NCBI GenBank assembly: GCA_002633005.1
Contig: NMRA01000560.1
Span: 1 to 64,000 of the forward strand
DNA from: Phoronis australis
Lineage: Eukaryota > Animalia > Phoronida
Length of the DNA: 64,000 nucleotides
Reading direction: 5' to 3'
Part shown: in pieces, positions 24,473 through 38,703 of the stretch
How positions within the stretch are numbered: the first letter of the stretch is position 1
Layout of the letters: every line of letters begins with the position of its first letter
Program-made: the position numbers and the translations under genes
Notes under the pieces: model-generated
Databases searched by the model: none
The model's input: the letters and a program-made list of their open reading frames with translations, nothing else
What the model was told of the DNA's origin: nothing

Positions 24473-24552
24473 CACAGGCACCTTTTATTAGCCGTCGACG
24501 ATACACTATAATATGATAGTATATCGTCGAGGACTAATAAAAGGTGCCTGTG
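24473..24552. mobile_element. 80-bp hairpin MITE with target-site duplication
   Basis: CACAGGCACCTTTTATTAG...CTAATAAAAGGTGCCTGTG flanked by the direct repeat CACTGAC (24466-72, 24553-59). Confidence 0.85.
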
Positions 24553-27500
24553 CACTGACCGAGTGACCTGTGTCTAGAAAGGTCCCACCAGAGACCAAAT
24601 TTCCACGTTCAAGATGCCACAAAAATATTCCGTAGGATTCAGCACATGGCATTGACTACTGAATTGCATTTGCCAAAAAATCACTGGAATGGGCTCGGCA
24701 GAAGCTACTCACTCACGCAATGCTTTTGAAATTTTGAGGCAAATTAGATCAATGACGCATCGTATATTTTATGACCTAAAACGTATAGTAAATGCGGCTT
24801 GCAAGCAGGTAGTTCTGGAGGTAGACTTACCGGAATTATAGCCGTCAGACTTCACGTAATTAATTCAAAACTGGACGTCTTCACGCTAGAGGTGCGCACC
24901 CAAGACAACTTTCAAAACTGTGCCCACAGTCACGTGACTTAATATATTCAGGCTCACCATGAAAACAACACAGACACACAGCGACGAGCACAGACAGCAC
25001 ACATGACGCCAAACAACGAGAGAATGCTACATTCCCAACAGATGGGATAGACTTCTTGGAGTCATTAAGTTTCCCAGAACCGTTAAAGTCCTTGTTGCAA
25101 ACTGCCCATGTGGTTCTAGTATCCGAAAATACTTACTACATAAAATCTTATTTTCGACACCCTTTATTTACATTCTTTTCGCCTTTCTTGCCAAAAGCGA
25201 TTTTTCAACCGTAGTTGACCCTTTTCTCTGAGCGTATGATTACCGGTTGTCATCGGTTATTTCCGTACCCACATTTCCGGCTCATCATTTCAGGAACTTG
25301 TCCTGAACGCCGCCATTTTTTCCTTGTAACTCAATGTGCTATGGCTTGCTCGAAAAGTTTTCATTATTTTGTTTTATTAGTAATATATCGTGATTCGTTT
25401 GCATATGTAGTGTATTTATAGTTTGTAGTTTGTGGTCGTTGATTTTTTTTGGAATGTTACGCGTACTTAGTATGTTAAAATAGCATTGGTGTTTAGTTCC
25501 TTACGTAGGCCGGTTGAACCTAGGAACCAATATGGGTCGAACCTATTTTTTTCAGTTTTATTTCTTTCCTCGTTTTGAAAAAGTACTTTGCTATCATCGG
25601 AAAGGTAGTACATTCTACTCAGTAAAAATCGAAAAAGTATCAAAATCGGGGCAAGCACTGTAAAGTTATTGCAAGTTTTGTGGCGAAATTTGGGTCACTT
25701 TGTTTGGATCGCGTCGGCCATATTGGAGGACAGCGGGATGAGTTACGAGTTTAAAACTTTGTGTAAATTGTTTTCGCCAACAAATTNNNNNNNNNNNNNN
25801 NNNNNNNNNNNNNNNNNNNNNNNNNNNNNNNNNNNNNNNNNNNNNNNNNNNNNNNNNNNNNNNNNNNNNNNNNNNNNNNNNNNNNNNNNNNNNNNNNNNN
25901 NNNNNNNNNNNNNNNNNNNNGCAGTGTTACACAGGACTAACCAGCCCGTAATTTCATGCAAGTATCTGAAACTACCCTTGAATATATGCAGCATTTATCA
26001 TTTGACCATTTTACTTCCACAAAACAGCTTGCAACCGCATGCATTTACCGTTCGCCAGTGTCTGGTCTCGATCCGCACCGGGTCCGATAGGCTGCGGTCC
26101 CGAGTCTGGCAAAATAATTTCTGTCAAAATTTATTCGCCACATTTCTTCAGCAAATTCGATAAAATTGCCTGTAGTTTGATTTTATTAAAATTAAGGCGC
26201 GCTGTCGATCATTTTATCCTCGTTTGCTGGCTGGTAACAGTACAGGCACTGCTCGAGTCGCACTGACGGCGTTTTCTCGGCCTGGGTTCCTGAATGAATT
26301 GTACTTCCGGGTTCGCGGCAAGTTCAACATGGCGGTGTTTCTTCGGGTGCAAATCGTGAGTGGCGAGTTCATTTAAACTGTTTTCGAGTACGGTTCGTGT
26401 ATTAGTTATGGGGTAGGTACTTCTTGGATCCTTATAACATCTTCTAACCATGTAATAAGGGTTAACAACGCGTGAGACAAGGACTTTAATCAACAAATTC
26501 CGTTGCCTTTTAAAGCAGCCAATTCTTGCCATTCAAATCAAAGCCAGTGTCTACCGTTTTTAAATTGCAGTTGAGATTCTTAGTCCTTTTGGTTGATCGC
26601 CATAGTTTTTGGCTTATATGGTAGATGTAGTAGGTTTGTTTCTGCTCCACTGCTATATTTCGAGACACATATCTCATCTTCAGGCTACTATTTACAAATT
26701 GTTCGATTTTTAAATTATGTTACTTACTGATGCCGTTTGGATTTTTATTGCACTGTTGTGATGTAAAGACAAGATCTCCATTCAGAGAGTTGTAAAGAAC
26801 TGAAATTTAACTAGTAAAAACAGATCAAAGTCGTGTCTTCAATGAAATATGTATACGAGAAAGATTGCTGCCAAATTATAGTATTGATTGTTTTTAGTAG
26901 ATTCCACTTAGGTCGAGAGGAAGTGGGTTAAGTATGGCATCACAAAGTTTGGTGGTTTTGAAGATACGCAAAGGGTAGCCTAATGGGACAAAATGCGGCA
27001 ATTGCGGCAATTTCTTGACACTGAATGACTGATTTTTACTACATTCACAGGTTAGTTATTTACTTCAAAATAATTTTTGTTATGACATCATGTAACACCG
27101 GGACTCTTTTAGTTGAGGCACATTCCATGCATTTGAAAACCGGCATACGTTACATCCTAATATCTCATCTACCTCCACAGAACTGCTGGAGATATGTATT
27201 CGTTTATAAAAGAAAACATGCCATTAAAATGAACCCGCCCTTCATTCTTGAGGAGAAACGTCAGCTCCATTCCTTTCAGACTCCAAATGTGTACATTATT
27301 ACATTTATTATTACTGTGACATGGATCTACGCGTAAACGTATATTTTTCATGTGCGCTATCAATGCCATGTGCAACGATTAGTTTTACTATAATTTGTAA
27401 GCTCTTAGGGACACGAAAGGTAATAAACTACATACTGAAATACGAAACTAAACTCGTTTTCATCACCCATGTCATTTAATACTACATGTAAACTAAGACA

Positions 27501-28030
27501 ACACATCATTGGATGAATGGTGGCCGACTACAAACGCAGATATGCCAACTTTTCTGCCCTTGTTAGTTACATTAAATGTGTTTTTGTTTCTCAAATTACC
27601 GAAATAGACAACTTAAGAGACGCATTAAAACATTAAAGGGATGTAGTGCGATATTTGAGGAGCTTGATAGTAACGTGAAAGACGAGATGGAACTTAAAAT
27701 TCCCTGTAACTATACCAAAATGCGCAACCTCTCTCTCCCTCGCTCCCTATCCCGTGTTGCGGCGTTTTGTCGGAGGAACATTCATTCAAGACGCTAGTTT
27801 CCGTTTAAAGTCCCCGGCAAATGTCACGCAAAAATCGACTCAACGTTTCCTGATTTTGGCATCAGTCAAGACAGCAAAAGTTTACACCTAAATCGTATTA
27901 AGTTAATAACAAAATGTCTTAGCAATTACTTTTGTTTGCAGCCAACTGTTATGTCATACATCTCATAAGCGGCGTTTCGCCTTTTTCGCAGCAGCAGTTT
28001 CATACTGCAAACAGTAGTTGCACAAATATC

Positions 28031-28110
28031 GGGTGCTCAGTAGTTCAGTGGTAAGAACACTATACTGGCAATCTAGAGACCTGTTGTTCGATTCCCAGTT
28101 TGGGTTCCTG
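28031..28110 (+). mobile_element. tRNA-derived SINE head or tRNA pseudogene
   Basis: A-box TAGTTCAGTGGT and B-box GTTCGATTCC are present, but the stems pair poorly. Confidence 0.55.
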
Positions 28111-28707
28111 ATTTTTCTGAGTTTATAGATATGTTTCACCAACGTCAGCGTTCGTCCAATTTTAAATAAAAGCAACAAGTTTCGAGGCATTAAAGGAGGG
28201 TGTATACACTGAACTGGATTTTTGACAGTTGTTGAATTTTTATATGTCTACAATTTTGATTATTCATTCACATGTTTGTGACAAAATGAAATTGCTCGAA
28301 AAGTGCATAGTGGTCATTTTAAGCACATCTCTGAAAATTCTTTTCCCTTTAGGTTTGAATGGTAGCTCGCTGTAATTCAACAGCTTAGACCACAAACTGG
28401 CCAATCACCACACGATTACACAAAGCCTCATTGTCAAAATGCGCAACAGACCAAACAGACGTATTCAATTTGGGTCTGAGAAGCACTCACATTTTAAGAA
28501 AAAAGTTCAAATCTTGCAGTACCCCTACTGAAAGATTGCTTACTTTGGAATATAAAGTGCCCTCTGGTGTTTCTTTACCAAGTTCATTAAAACCGAAGCA
28601 TTATATGCATAGATTTTCAGTGAAAGCTGACCATAAAGAAGCATATCGTAACTGCAAAACATTAAAAACCTTTATTTCAGTTCATCATTTCACAGCAGTA
28701 GCAATAT

Positions 28708-29005
28708 CAGGGGCGGATCCAGGGTTTTGAGTTAAGGGGGGGCAGAGCTCAGGAGTAACCAGAATTTCGACATGCGCGTGCCTAGCCTAAAATAAAGATG
28801 AAAGGGTATCGAATTTTTGGGTTTGCTGACCTCATTACTAAAAAACGGCATTTGTTCAAGGCCTATGCATTGTTTATTCGCCACCCGAGCCCCCTGGATG
28901 CACGCATATGCTAGTCAAGTCAGCAATCTGCACCCGAACTGCCAAATGGTATCTGGTAGAATTTTAGGGGGAATGGCCCCCTTGGCCCGCCTAAATCCGC
29001 CATTG
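28708..29005 (+). mobile_element. hAT-like MITE (CAGGGGCGGAT...ATCCGCCATTG)
   Basis: Short TIRs and a 5-bp direct repeat AATAT on both sides. Other copies at 52591-52888 and 59741-59884. Confidence 0.8.
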
Positions 29006-29777
29006 AATATGCTCAAACTTATTCTTCAGCTATCTTTTGATCAATTTTTACGAAATCAACAATTTGAAATCTAACACATGAACTTCAATTCGGTCCCACG
29101 GATTTTCTTTAAATTGATTGTAACTTGATTTATTTTGGTATGAAGTTGGAATTTTGACGGAATGTTGTGTATTTGCCAAATCTCAAAAACAAAGTACAAA
29201 AACAGTATGTGACGACGGCTTTAAGGTCATAATTATGTTTTGATCACTTAAATAAGACAATTGGAAGATTTTGAAATCTCTGACAGCATTTCTTGGAAAA
29301 GCCATCAAGAAAAAATGAGCTTTTAAAGAAAGTTTGAACATATTTTTATCAAAAAATAGTCACTCAAAAACAACTTCCTTTTTTTCAAATTGTGGGTTAC
29401 ATTTAAGACGACATATATTAAAGTTTACACATTCTTAAGTGAAACATGGGAAACAGTATATCTGCCTCCACGCACGTTACTTTGAGATTTCACACTGATC
29501 GGATAAGAAATTCAATCTGTAGCAGATATAAACAAAGATTTCTGGAAAGCAACATTTCTTGAGAAAAATCATTTCTCCAAGTAAAAACAAACTTCACAAC
29601 AAAGCAGCACACTAGGAGAACATTCATTTGGCCAAGTATTAATGAAGATTGATGAGAATAAAAATTGTCGACCGAGAAACAGGACATAGGACGTAAAAGT
29701 AACCAGTGGAGGCGAGCATATCCGGAATATTTTCATTAGCTATTTTGTTAACGACATATTCTGTTAATTTCTTTCAG

Positions 29778-29927
29778 ACGGCGGTCACAAGCACTGCAGA
29801 CAAATTCATGACCCCAATGGGATGTTATACCGATGGGGAAAACGACGCACAAAGAGCGGCTACTACTGTCAGCGCTGGGACAAGGATACTCCGCATGAAA
29901 CCGATTTAAATGATTGGTTTCTTCCCA
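29778..29927 (+). CDS. Exon 3: kringle domain N-half
   Basis: TTTCTTTCAG| ... A|GTAAGT, 150 bp; DGGHKHCRQIHDPNGMLYRWGKRRTKSGYYCQRWDKDTPHETDLNDWFLP (C..G..YR..TxSGxxCQRW). Confidence 0.92.
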
Positions 29928-30459
29928 GTAAGTTTTCATATCTTTTTGCACAGCAAAGACAATTGGTTCTATTCCTGATTTTGCCCATAAGTTAAAGTCC
30001 TTAAGCTGAGGACTAGACAAACACTGTACGTAAATTTCATGTCGATCAGACGAAACTAGTCAATAAAAGAACAGTCTAAAAATTTCGAATATCTCGAGAA
30101 CAGTAGTAGACGAAAAACGTGTTTCAGGATGCAGATAACGGTTGAAAAGTCCTATCCACATACCAAATTTTGAAATGATCCGTCAAGAGTCGCCAAAGAT
30201 AAGACACAATACTCAAATGGAAAGCAGTTCCGGGAAAATCTCGAATAACACGAGAACGATAAGTCCAAACTGCACGCATACGCCATAGTTTGTAATATGA
30301 TCCATCCACAGAAAAAAAACTCAGCGAAGCTACCCTAACGGCTCTGCTTACCAAAGCCGTGAAAAATGCCACCACACTGTCACGTTGCGTCCGACCAAAA
30401 TAAGCTCCGATTTATTTAAGAGTTTCGGTATGTGAATTCCGCGTTGTAGCAGGACAGCA

Positions 30460-31430
30460 TAAAACAACAAACAAAGAAGCAAACAAACAAAACGTTTATT
30501 TCAAAACTCATAGGGCCATTGACTTACAGTTTAACATGTTAATATACAAACAGTATAATCTTGCACTATCATCAAATACGCATAATTTCGCTCCTAATTG
30601 CCATTACTAGTTGAATGAAGGATGTAGTATTTCTTAAAACATACATAGAATCTGAACCTAAGAGTGCCTTATTGTAACTATTTCTAACAATACATTGTGG
30701 TGATAGATATTTCCGTAGGTCTGCAAGGACAGGGCAATAAAATAAAACGTGTATCTCTGTTTCAATTTCATCGGTGTAACAAACTTTACAAATTCTTTCT
30801 GGTCTAGGTATTTTGTTTCTTCTACCCAATTCAATTATAAGATGATGCGTCCAACACCTCAAATTTGCTATTGCAAATACTAGATTTAAAGACAGGCTAC
30901 CACATAGATACTTTTCACATGTTAATTCAGATTTAATTGAAAGGTAAAAATTACATTGATCAGTATTTTCAAGTGAAGACGACCACAACTGAAAACGCAT
31001 ATCCCTAAGTCTTTGTTTAAAAGAAATTTAGAAACTGATTTCTTCACCAACACGTTGTTTTAACCAAACTCAGCCAAACCCGGTTGTGGATAATACATTT
31101 TTTACTAAGGTGCACCAGTTCTTTTGACCTTTCAAATCCTTTTCACGCAGCATTATGTAAGATTGTCTTGGCAATCTATCGTCATTCATTTTCAACAATT
31201 TCAAATAGTACTCAATGGGTTTGCACAAGTCATATATTTCACTCACAAATCAAAACATCCACATTCACCTTTTGCAATAACACTTTTTGGTGTTGATAGC
31301 TGTACGGAGAAATTTTGTTCCACTAGTGAAGTAATACAGAAAATGGGAAAGGAAACACGTACATAAGGTGTATAGCAATTATATTATTTTATGGATTGTA
31401 CATGTAACTCCAAAACGTGTGTTCACAGGG
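30460..31430 (-). mobile_element. RTEX-like LINE 3' fragment
   Basis: ORF 30572-31000 contains LRC..HxLxIELGR..IPRPERICKVC..E.EIHVLFYCP..LRKY, followed by AATAAA and a (TTTG)n tail at ~30460-30500. Confidence 0.8.
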
Positions 31431-31624
31431 ACTTACCTGAAACGGATGGGTTTATTAATCTGCGTAGCAAAATGTTTCATGTACATCTGTTTTCCACTGC
31501 ATATTAACATGACTTGATTATGCTTGACAGAAACGATTAGGTGAAAATGAATACTGGCATACTCCTTTCAAAGGTAAAGTTTAAGTACGTTTTAAAAGGT
31601 AATAATACATCATTATCTTTACAG

Positions 31625-31732
31625 CTTATTATTCCGAAAACTATTGCCTAAACCACGGACTTGATATCGCACCCTGGTGTTACACCACCTCCAAAAATAA
31701 AAGATGGGAATTGTGCGATGTTCCGGTCTGTG
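31625..31732 (+). CDS. Exon 4: kringle domain C-half
   Basis: CTTTACAG| ... G|GTAAGT, 108 bp; TYYSENYCLNHGLDIAPWCYTTSKNKRWELCDVPVC. Confidence 0.93.
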
Positions 31733-33426
31733 GTAAGTTAAACATTTATCGTTCCACGCTAATAAGATATAGTCTATCACAAGCACGTTCATGGCTAATT
31801 GCCAGATGGCACTGAAGGGGATTTCCTACAGATCTCTTCTCTAGATTGCGTACATCAACTCTCGTTGTCTCGTATTCTCTAAAATGGATTGCCAAGAGAT
31901 CGTTGATAGAAATATAACTTGTCCATAACGCAATTTACATTAAATCATCATGACAGAACTAAAATAACCCTATAAGGTAAATAATATAAACGACATCTAT
32001 GCTAAAAGACCCGTTTTCGCGTCACTAATACAGCACTTTAAAGTAATTTTGAATTTTTGGTTACCGTAAAATCAGCTCAGTCTTGAGAACCTCCATTTCA
32101 TGATGTCCTTTTGTAAAATATTTGTTGAGCTGACGACTCAGTCAAATTCAAAGATTACGCATTCACAATAACACTGCTTTGTAGAACCTTATCAACAAGT
32201 CTACATATTTTGCTTAATATCTGCAAAATGAAGGTAGGTTACGTTCAGGCATGGTGCCGGGTCATTAAAAGTTGGCCCTCTCCAGCCGACTTTTCTACTG
32301 CTTTTGTACCCACCCATGTTCAATTGTGTTTTGAAAATTAATAAAAGCACTTCTGACAGATACAGATGGAATCTGAAGTTGCAAGTGATATACACAATAG
32401 AGTGGAGAATGCTTTCGTTGTCGACGAATCAGGATCAGCACACCCACGAGGTGCACTGTCTCAAACTCAAGAGCCAGTTGGGATAACCGACCTAAATAAA
32501 CAATTTGTGCTCATTCCACTGAGCTATATGTGAGAATGTGAAGCAGGTTAAAGAAGACGCTTATATAGCAGCCAACGAATCTAAGTCTATGAGTATCTTT
32601 GTAGTGTAACGTAGACACAATGAGCACTCTTATGACTAATCTACAGAAACGTGCCACTGAATTTGAACTACAGACCAGGAGCACACTTTGATTGTCAGGC
32701 AATCAGAAGAACCCCAGAGGTCCTGGAACGATTTTGAATTCGTCGTTAAGAATTTTCCCAGGAATCAGCTTAGTACTGGCCAGGATATTTGTATTGCGAA
32801 CCCTTGTTACTATCTCTGTAGATAGATCTCGTCAACCAAAAATTGTCTTCTAATTATTCTTTTTAGGGACAAAGAACTTGCTTGAAACCAAAACTACAGT
32901 CTCAATAACACTGGACTTTGGTTTAATGAAGGCTATCCTTGTAGAACTAGAAAAGGCACGGGCACAATTAAAACCGTTTTTCAGGACAAAATGGCTTACT
33001 TTAAAGATCATTAGCTTTTTAAAGACGGCACGTTTTTCACGACAGTAACGGATCACCGGCTTATCAATTCATTTACTAATGCTTCAAACCCATGCTAGTG
33101 TTGGGGATGTTTTTCGATACCTTTGGAACTGGGAGAGCTCACAACAGGTTCTCCTGAGTTGTTGTCCACAGAGCGGCATGCGCTCTTCAAGTAGTGTTTA
33201 TTGGTAAGGTAGCAGTATTCAATTACTCTTATGAATGTCATGGCTGCATCCGTTTATCTTAAAAAATGTTCCACTCACGGTGCATTGCATTCGAGGCCTG
33301 TTTCATGGATATGTTGTCTTAACGTAGAACAAAGTTGGTCAAACGTCAGCCCAAATTGTCTAAGCTCCATTTCATGAAATTTCTAAGACCATCATCCACC
33401 CTATAACCTTACTTTCCCTACTTCAG

Positions 33427-33711
33427 AAGTTCCAGGATGCTACGTTGATAGGAGGGTCTATCGTGACCTACAATACTTTGCATACGCTGGTAAGAAGAAC
33501 AGTCGCTCCTTCTGTAAAGAGGAATGCAAGAAGAAACTTTTCGCTTTTGCCGGGGTTCAGAACGGCGACAGTTGCTGGTGCGGAAATTACTACGCCAAGT
33601 ATGGTCCAGTCAAACCCTTCGAATGTGAACAGGTGCGGTGTAAAGGAAATCGCAAGGAATTTTGCGGTGGCTTCTTGCGGAACTACGTCATGAAGAGCGG
33701 TTACGTTTTGC
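33427..33711 (+). CDS. Exon 5: WSC domain 1
   Basis: CTTCAG| ... C|GTAAGT, 285 bp; GCYVD..RDL..CKEEC..FAFAGVQNGDSCWCG..EC..RCKGN..EFCGG..RNYV. Confidence 0.93.
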
Positions 33712-35224
33712 GTAAGTATTTAACGGGGCAGTCGATGAATTCAGTCAATTTGAATTTCAACTACAACCACTACCCCTGCGTCCCTCTGTTCCATCTCCAT
33801 CTTCACACCACTTCAGGTTTCCAGTACATTCTCTAATTTTGACTGAAATTGGTTGTGAGGTTGAGTTCAGAAAACATTCTTGTTCTCTGCCTTATCCTCG
33901 GCCATGTCCAGGAACGCCAAAAAGACAGCTGATAGAGATCACCGATAACCCCTTTTATCATGAATCGTCGGAGTAATTTCTCGCTGTTGCTAAAGTGAGT
34001 TACGCCAGTGATCATCGTTTCTGTGCTGGGATATTGAGCAATGTATGGGGTCTGGAGCGGGGACGTTAAAATTTCAGAACTGCACTATCTACGGATGTGA
34101 ATACGACATTTGAACTGTACTTATCTGATATATCTACAAAGGAAGTTTGATTTAGTGTTAGTCTTACGAAGTTGTTAGGTGTCCTAATTCTGGTGTTGAA
34201 CTGACCTAGAAAATGTAGCTCAAAATAGCACCTACAATGCTGATGCAGCTGCGGTGTTAGGTACATATGCTCACTTGCCAGGACATGTAAAACCTATTTA
34301 CTCAGCTGTTTTCTAATGAAAAAACTGCTGGACTTGAAGTTGATAGGCCTAACATAGACAGTAGCAATCGTGTTTATGACATGTAATTAGGAACGCTACC
34401 CCACTGCATGGAAAAACAAAACACATGGTACAATACCAAAAACGTGGTTCTCAAAGTTGGCACCATATAGGGCTTAATGGGTTATGACTGATATTTATTC
34501 GTTGAATATTTTTCTTCATGTAAATTACGCCATCCTGCTGAACTAGAAAATGAGTGATAAACCCTTGATAAAAAAACTTTAAAATGATACCACAAGAGGG
34601 AGCAGCTCACTAAACTAAGGTGCACAGGTGAGAAGGAGCACTCTTTAAAAAGTTTTCTAATAAGGCGGAACTGATCCATAAAACGTTAATTGCAACTCTT
34701 GTCGGCATTCTACAGAACTCACTGATGTGCCTGGAAACCATGGTAAGAATCGTGTCGGAGGCTGCATTAGAAATGCCTCAATTTGAGATTTTTTAATCAT
34801 TTTCTATTCCGTTCGGGTACTGAGTCTTCCCAACAATTTTCAGCCCACAATTAAAGACTTTTGTTGTTAAAAGGACCAATTCCATTCTTGAAAGCCTCGG
34901 CGATTGTCCTCGTTTTTAAAAATGGCTCATACAGGTAAAAATCAGAACGAAAGATGAGTTGTGAATGACTAAAACGATTAGTTCGTATTTGACGTCTTTT
35001 CTAAAACCGCGACATTAAATTTTCGACAGATGCACTTGTGCTTTCTGTAAAGATCATCATTGAATAAGAAATATCAGAGAAACCCATTAAAAGAGACAGC
35101 TTTGAAGTTACATTTAGAATATTCTCTTATTAATTGAAGTTGCCATGTTAAATTATTAATGTAACCAGCTTGTGTTATGAGGTTGGTGATGAACCACATG
35201 TGCACGTTAATCAACATGGTCCTA

Positions 35225-38200
35225 AAACTGTTTGTTTACCAATCATAATCAATCAACTTTATATTTCAGTACTTAGACCTCCGTCACGTATACAAGTATG
35301 AAAGTAGGAAATACAAGCGCGTAATTAAAAAGTGGTCGACATAATAAAGATTTTAAAATTAACTATGCACAAAAAACTGAAACGAGCTAAGTTCCAAACG
35401 TTGCAAGACTTCATCAAATGTATGAAGTGATCACCATCAAAGTTATTACTAGTAAGACAAGTATCAAACTTTCTCCTAAGATCTTCATATACTGGACACT
35501 CTAGTAAAACGCGTTTTCGATCCACAACAGTGTCAGAACACACAGAGCAGAAACGCTGACATCTAGGTATACCCACGTGTCTGCCAGTTTCGATTTTTGT
35601 TTGTGATTTGAACATCTAAAACGTGCAAGAGCTGTGATAAAATATTTTTTGTCTAGACATCTTGCATATTCTTCTAGAATGAGTCTATTTATAAACAATT
35701 TATACTAAAATATAACATTTCATCCAACCATTGCTGCTCGTTTATGTTTTTACATCTTTGTTTGAATTCGTGTAAAAACAATTCTTCGTTACCAACTACT
35801 TGACTGACCCAAAAAATACCAAACCAAGCCCTGAAAATTAGGTTTTTAACGCGGAGATCCCAGCTTTCATGATTTCTTTCTGCAAAGCCATTCTGAGGCA
35901 ATTTCAGCAATTTCAAACAATATTTAATAATCCTAGTAATCCTCTTTGACACCATTGTATACCTGCCTAGCTCATCCCTACCACGAATTTACCTAATTTA
36001 TTTTGACGAATCTCGACATTTGGCTAGCGTCAAAACCAGACAATTCCGAACCATACATACAATAGGGCACATTTTGGTATCAAACAGTTGTAACCAAACA
36101 TTTACAGCAACACATTTGTATAGTGACATGTACTTTTTCAACAAAAACAAGACTTTTCCAGCCTCATCTGCTTAATCTGACTGTGATATTTGTAACTAAC
36201 CTCATCAATGATTTGTTCTTTATTAATGAACCATTTTTCATAATTACGTAAGTATCCTCCTTAAATACACTAGATGGCGCAAAACATACAACCCATCCAA
36301 AAACAGGAACGTGCCATAGTTCATAAAAATCTGTCAAGGAACTTCACAGAAACAAAAGAAAACAGAATAAAATGAAATTGCCACTAGTGGGCACAGTGTC
36401 CGTTGGATCCGCCTGAAAGTCGTCGTCGTCGTCTGTTGTTATCTTCATATAAATACACTTACTAAATTTAGTAAAGATCCTGCAGTGGGAGAAAAACAAA
36501 ACTACCACTAGGAGGAGCCACAGTGGTCAGTCATCATCATCATCAAAGGTCGTCTTCACAATGAGAACATATATGCTAATTTTCAAATGATTTGGTTGAT
36601 ACAGGGGAAGACACGAAAAACAAGATTTGAAAACAGCAAAAATGGCCACTAGGTGGCGCAAAATACCTTGATTCCATCCAAAAACAGAAAGATAGCGTCA
36701 TAAAACCAATAGAGGTCTATATTTAAAATTTTATGAAAATTTGTCGAGGACCTTTGAAGATACAGAGTTAAACGTAAAAAACTAAAATTGCCACTAGGGG
36801 GCATAGCAGTAGTCAGATCTGTCCGAAAGTCGTCGTCATCCGTTTGTTAACATCATATAAATATACTTACTAAATTTCGTAAAGATCCTGAGAACGGTTT
36901 AGGAGATACAGACATAGGCGCAAAAAAACTGCCACTAGGAGGCGCCACAGTAGTCGAAATCGTCGGAAAATCATCGTCAACTCAACTGTCCTCTTCATAG
37001 TAAGCCCATACATGCCAATTTTCACAATCATCCGTTGAGCAGTTTGGTTGATAGAGGCCTTGGGCACAAACTCGAAAACAGTAAATATGGCCACTAGGTG
37101 GCGCAAACTATGTCGAATCCATCCGAAAACGGGAGGATAGCGTCATCTTACTAATAGTTGCCTTCCTATCAAATTTCATGAAAATCCGTTCAGGACTTTT
37201 GAAGCGTAAAAAACTAATATTGCCACTAGGGGGCTCACCGGTATTTGAATCCGTCCGAAAGTTCGCTCATGCCGTCCCATTTATGAATGGAGCATATGTG
37301 CCAAATTTCATGAGCGTACAGTATGTCAAAGGGTTTTGGAGATAGAGCACCGGACGCCGGACGGACGGACGGACGGACGGATGGACGGACGGACGGACGG
37401 ACGGACGGACGGACGGACGGACAGAGATGACGGCATAATGCGTCCACATATAAATATGTGGGCGAATAAAAATAGTCTTCATTTTCTCCAACATTGTTGG
37501 TGAAGACACCCTTAAAACTTTCGAACCAATCACTAGCCGTAATTGCTTCCTTGGCTTCAGCAGAAACCGAAACTTCTTTATATTGCTGTCTTTTGAAGCT
37601 AAAGGAAGATCTTTAGTTAAAAATATGGAAAATATCTTTCTCCGAGCACACATCGATTTGAAATCTTTACGTTTATCTTCATAAATTTGTAAAGAAGCAT
37701 AGCTGTCATCCCTCCGAAAAAATGTCAGACATTATTTAGTTTCCTTGTTCATTTCTCCAGTCTTCGTCAAACTACTTGTTTTTTAAGTCTGTTGTGTTGG
37801 ATTTGAGCCATCCCGGCACTTTTCCCACAATTTCTTTTGTGTCACACAAAACACTGACTGCTTCCGTGACTCCGTCCTTTATCTAATAAGCCTGAAATTC
37901 ACCGACAAATCCCAGTGTTAATTTTGAGTTGAACAATTCTACGAAATTATTCTTGTTACAATTTTCCATATGAACTGTGGATGACGTGTGTCATTGTTTA
38001 GAACAACCGGCAGCATTTCCCGAGCAACACAAAAACTAATTCTAAGGGTAAGTAGTCGAATCAGCTCTTTCACCAACGCAAAGATGTGAAACGTCAGTAA
38101 TGAAAGACTCGTTGCATAATAAGCAGTTGACAACACTACAACCCTGGCTAGCGAAGCATGCGAACCTATCGATATATTTATAATCGTCAACTCTTCCATT

Positions 38201-38300
38201 CACAATACGTAACTGAGTATTTTTACACAAATACAAAAGTTATCGTCCAAAATCGTTACATTCTCTATCTTGTGAAAATCTAGGAATACAATGAAGCACA
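35225..38300 (-). mobile_element. Degenerate RTEX-like LINE interrupted by HINE copy 2
   Basis: APE motif LCKNTQLRIVNGR (38042-38236) and C-terminal RFRCSNH / IETGRHVGIPRCQRFCSVC..VLLECPVYEDLR (35325-35700). Confidence 0.75.
36265..37472 (-). mobile_element. HINE copy 2, reverse orientation, partial
   Basis: Reverse complement of 699-2345: (ACGG)n at ~37358-37421, same 5' end and tandem units. Confidence 0.85.
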
Positions 38301-38703
38301 CACATAAAGATGGTTTTATTTCTTGGTTCCTTGGTGGCTCAGTGATAAAAAACTGAAACAGTCAGGCAGTTAAGCATGGGAGGCGCAGCACTAAAAAAAA
38401 CCGCAGCCCCCTATGGTGTGCATCCCATGTTAAGTCAGTTGAGTGTCGAGCTACTGTTAAAGGTATAGTTGAGTTGCAGTTACAGAATCAGACGTTTCGC
38501 ACACCAGTGAAAACAATACTCAAGGTTATGTAGGGCCATATGAAATGGGCAAATTTGGCTAACTTCGGAACATCATGTCTCAGGTCTGGTCACGCTTGGC
38601 TGTTTAAGGGACTTTTGAGTCAAAAACCGGTTAAGTATCCTTTTTAGGTCACGGACCTGTAGACTTGCAATCACCAGTGGCCATATGACCTGTCTCTTTT
38701 TAG

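Noticed and set aside
25669-26163. ORFs spanning N runs (also 41870-42586)
   Set aside because: Artefacts of assembly gaps.
28031-28110. Functional tRNA gene
   Set aside because: Acceptor, anticodon and T stems are mismatched; treated as SINE-derived.
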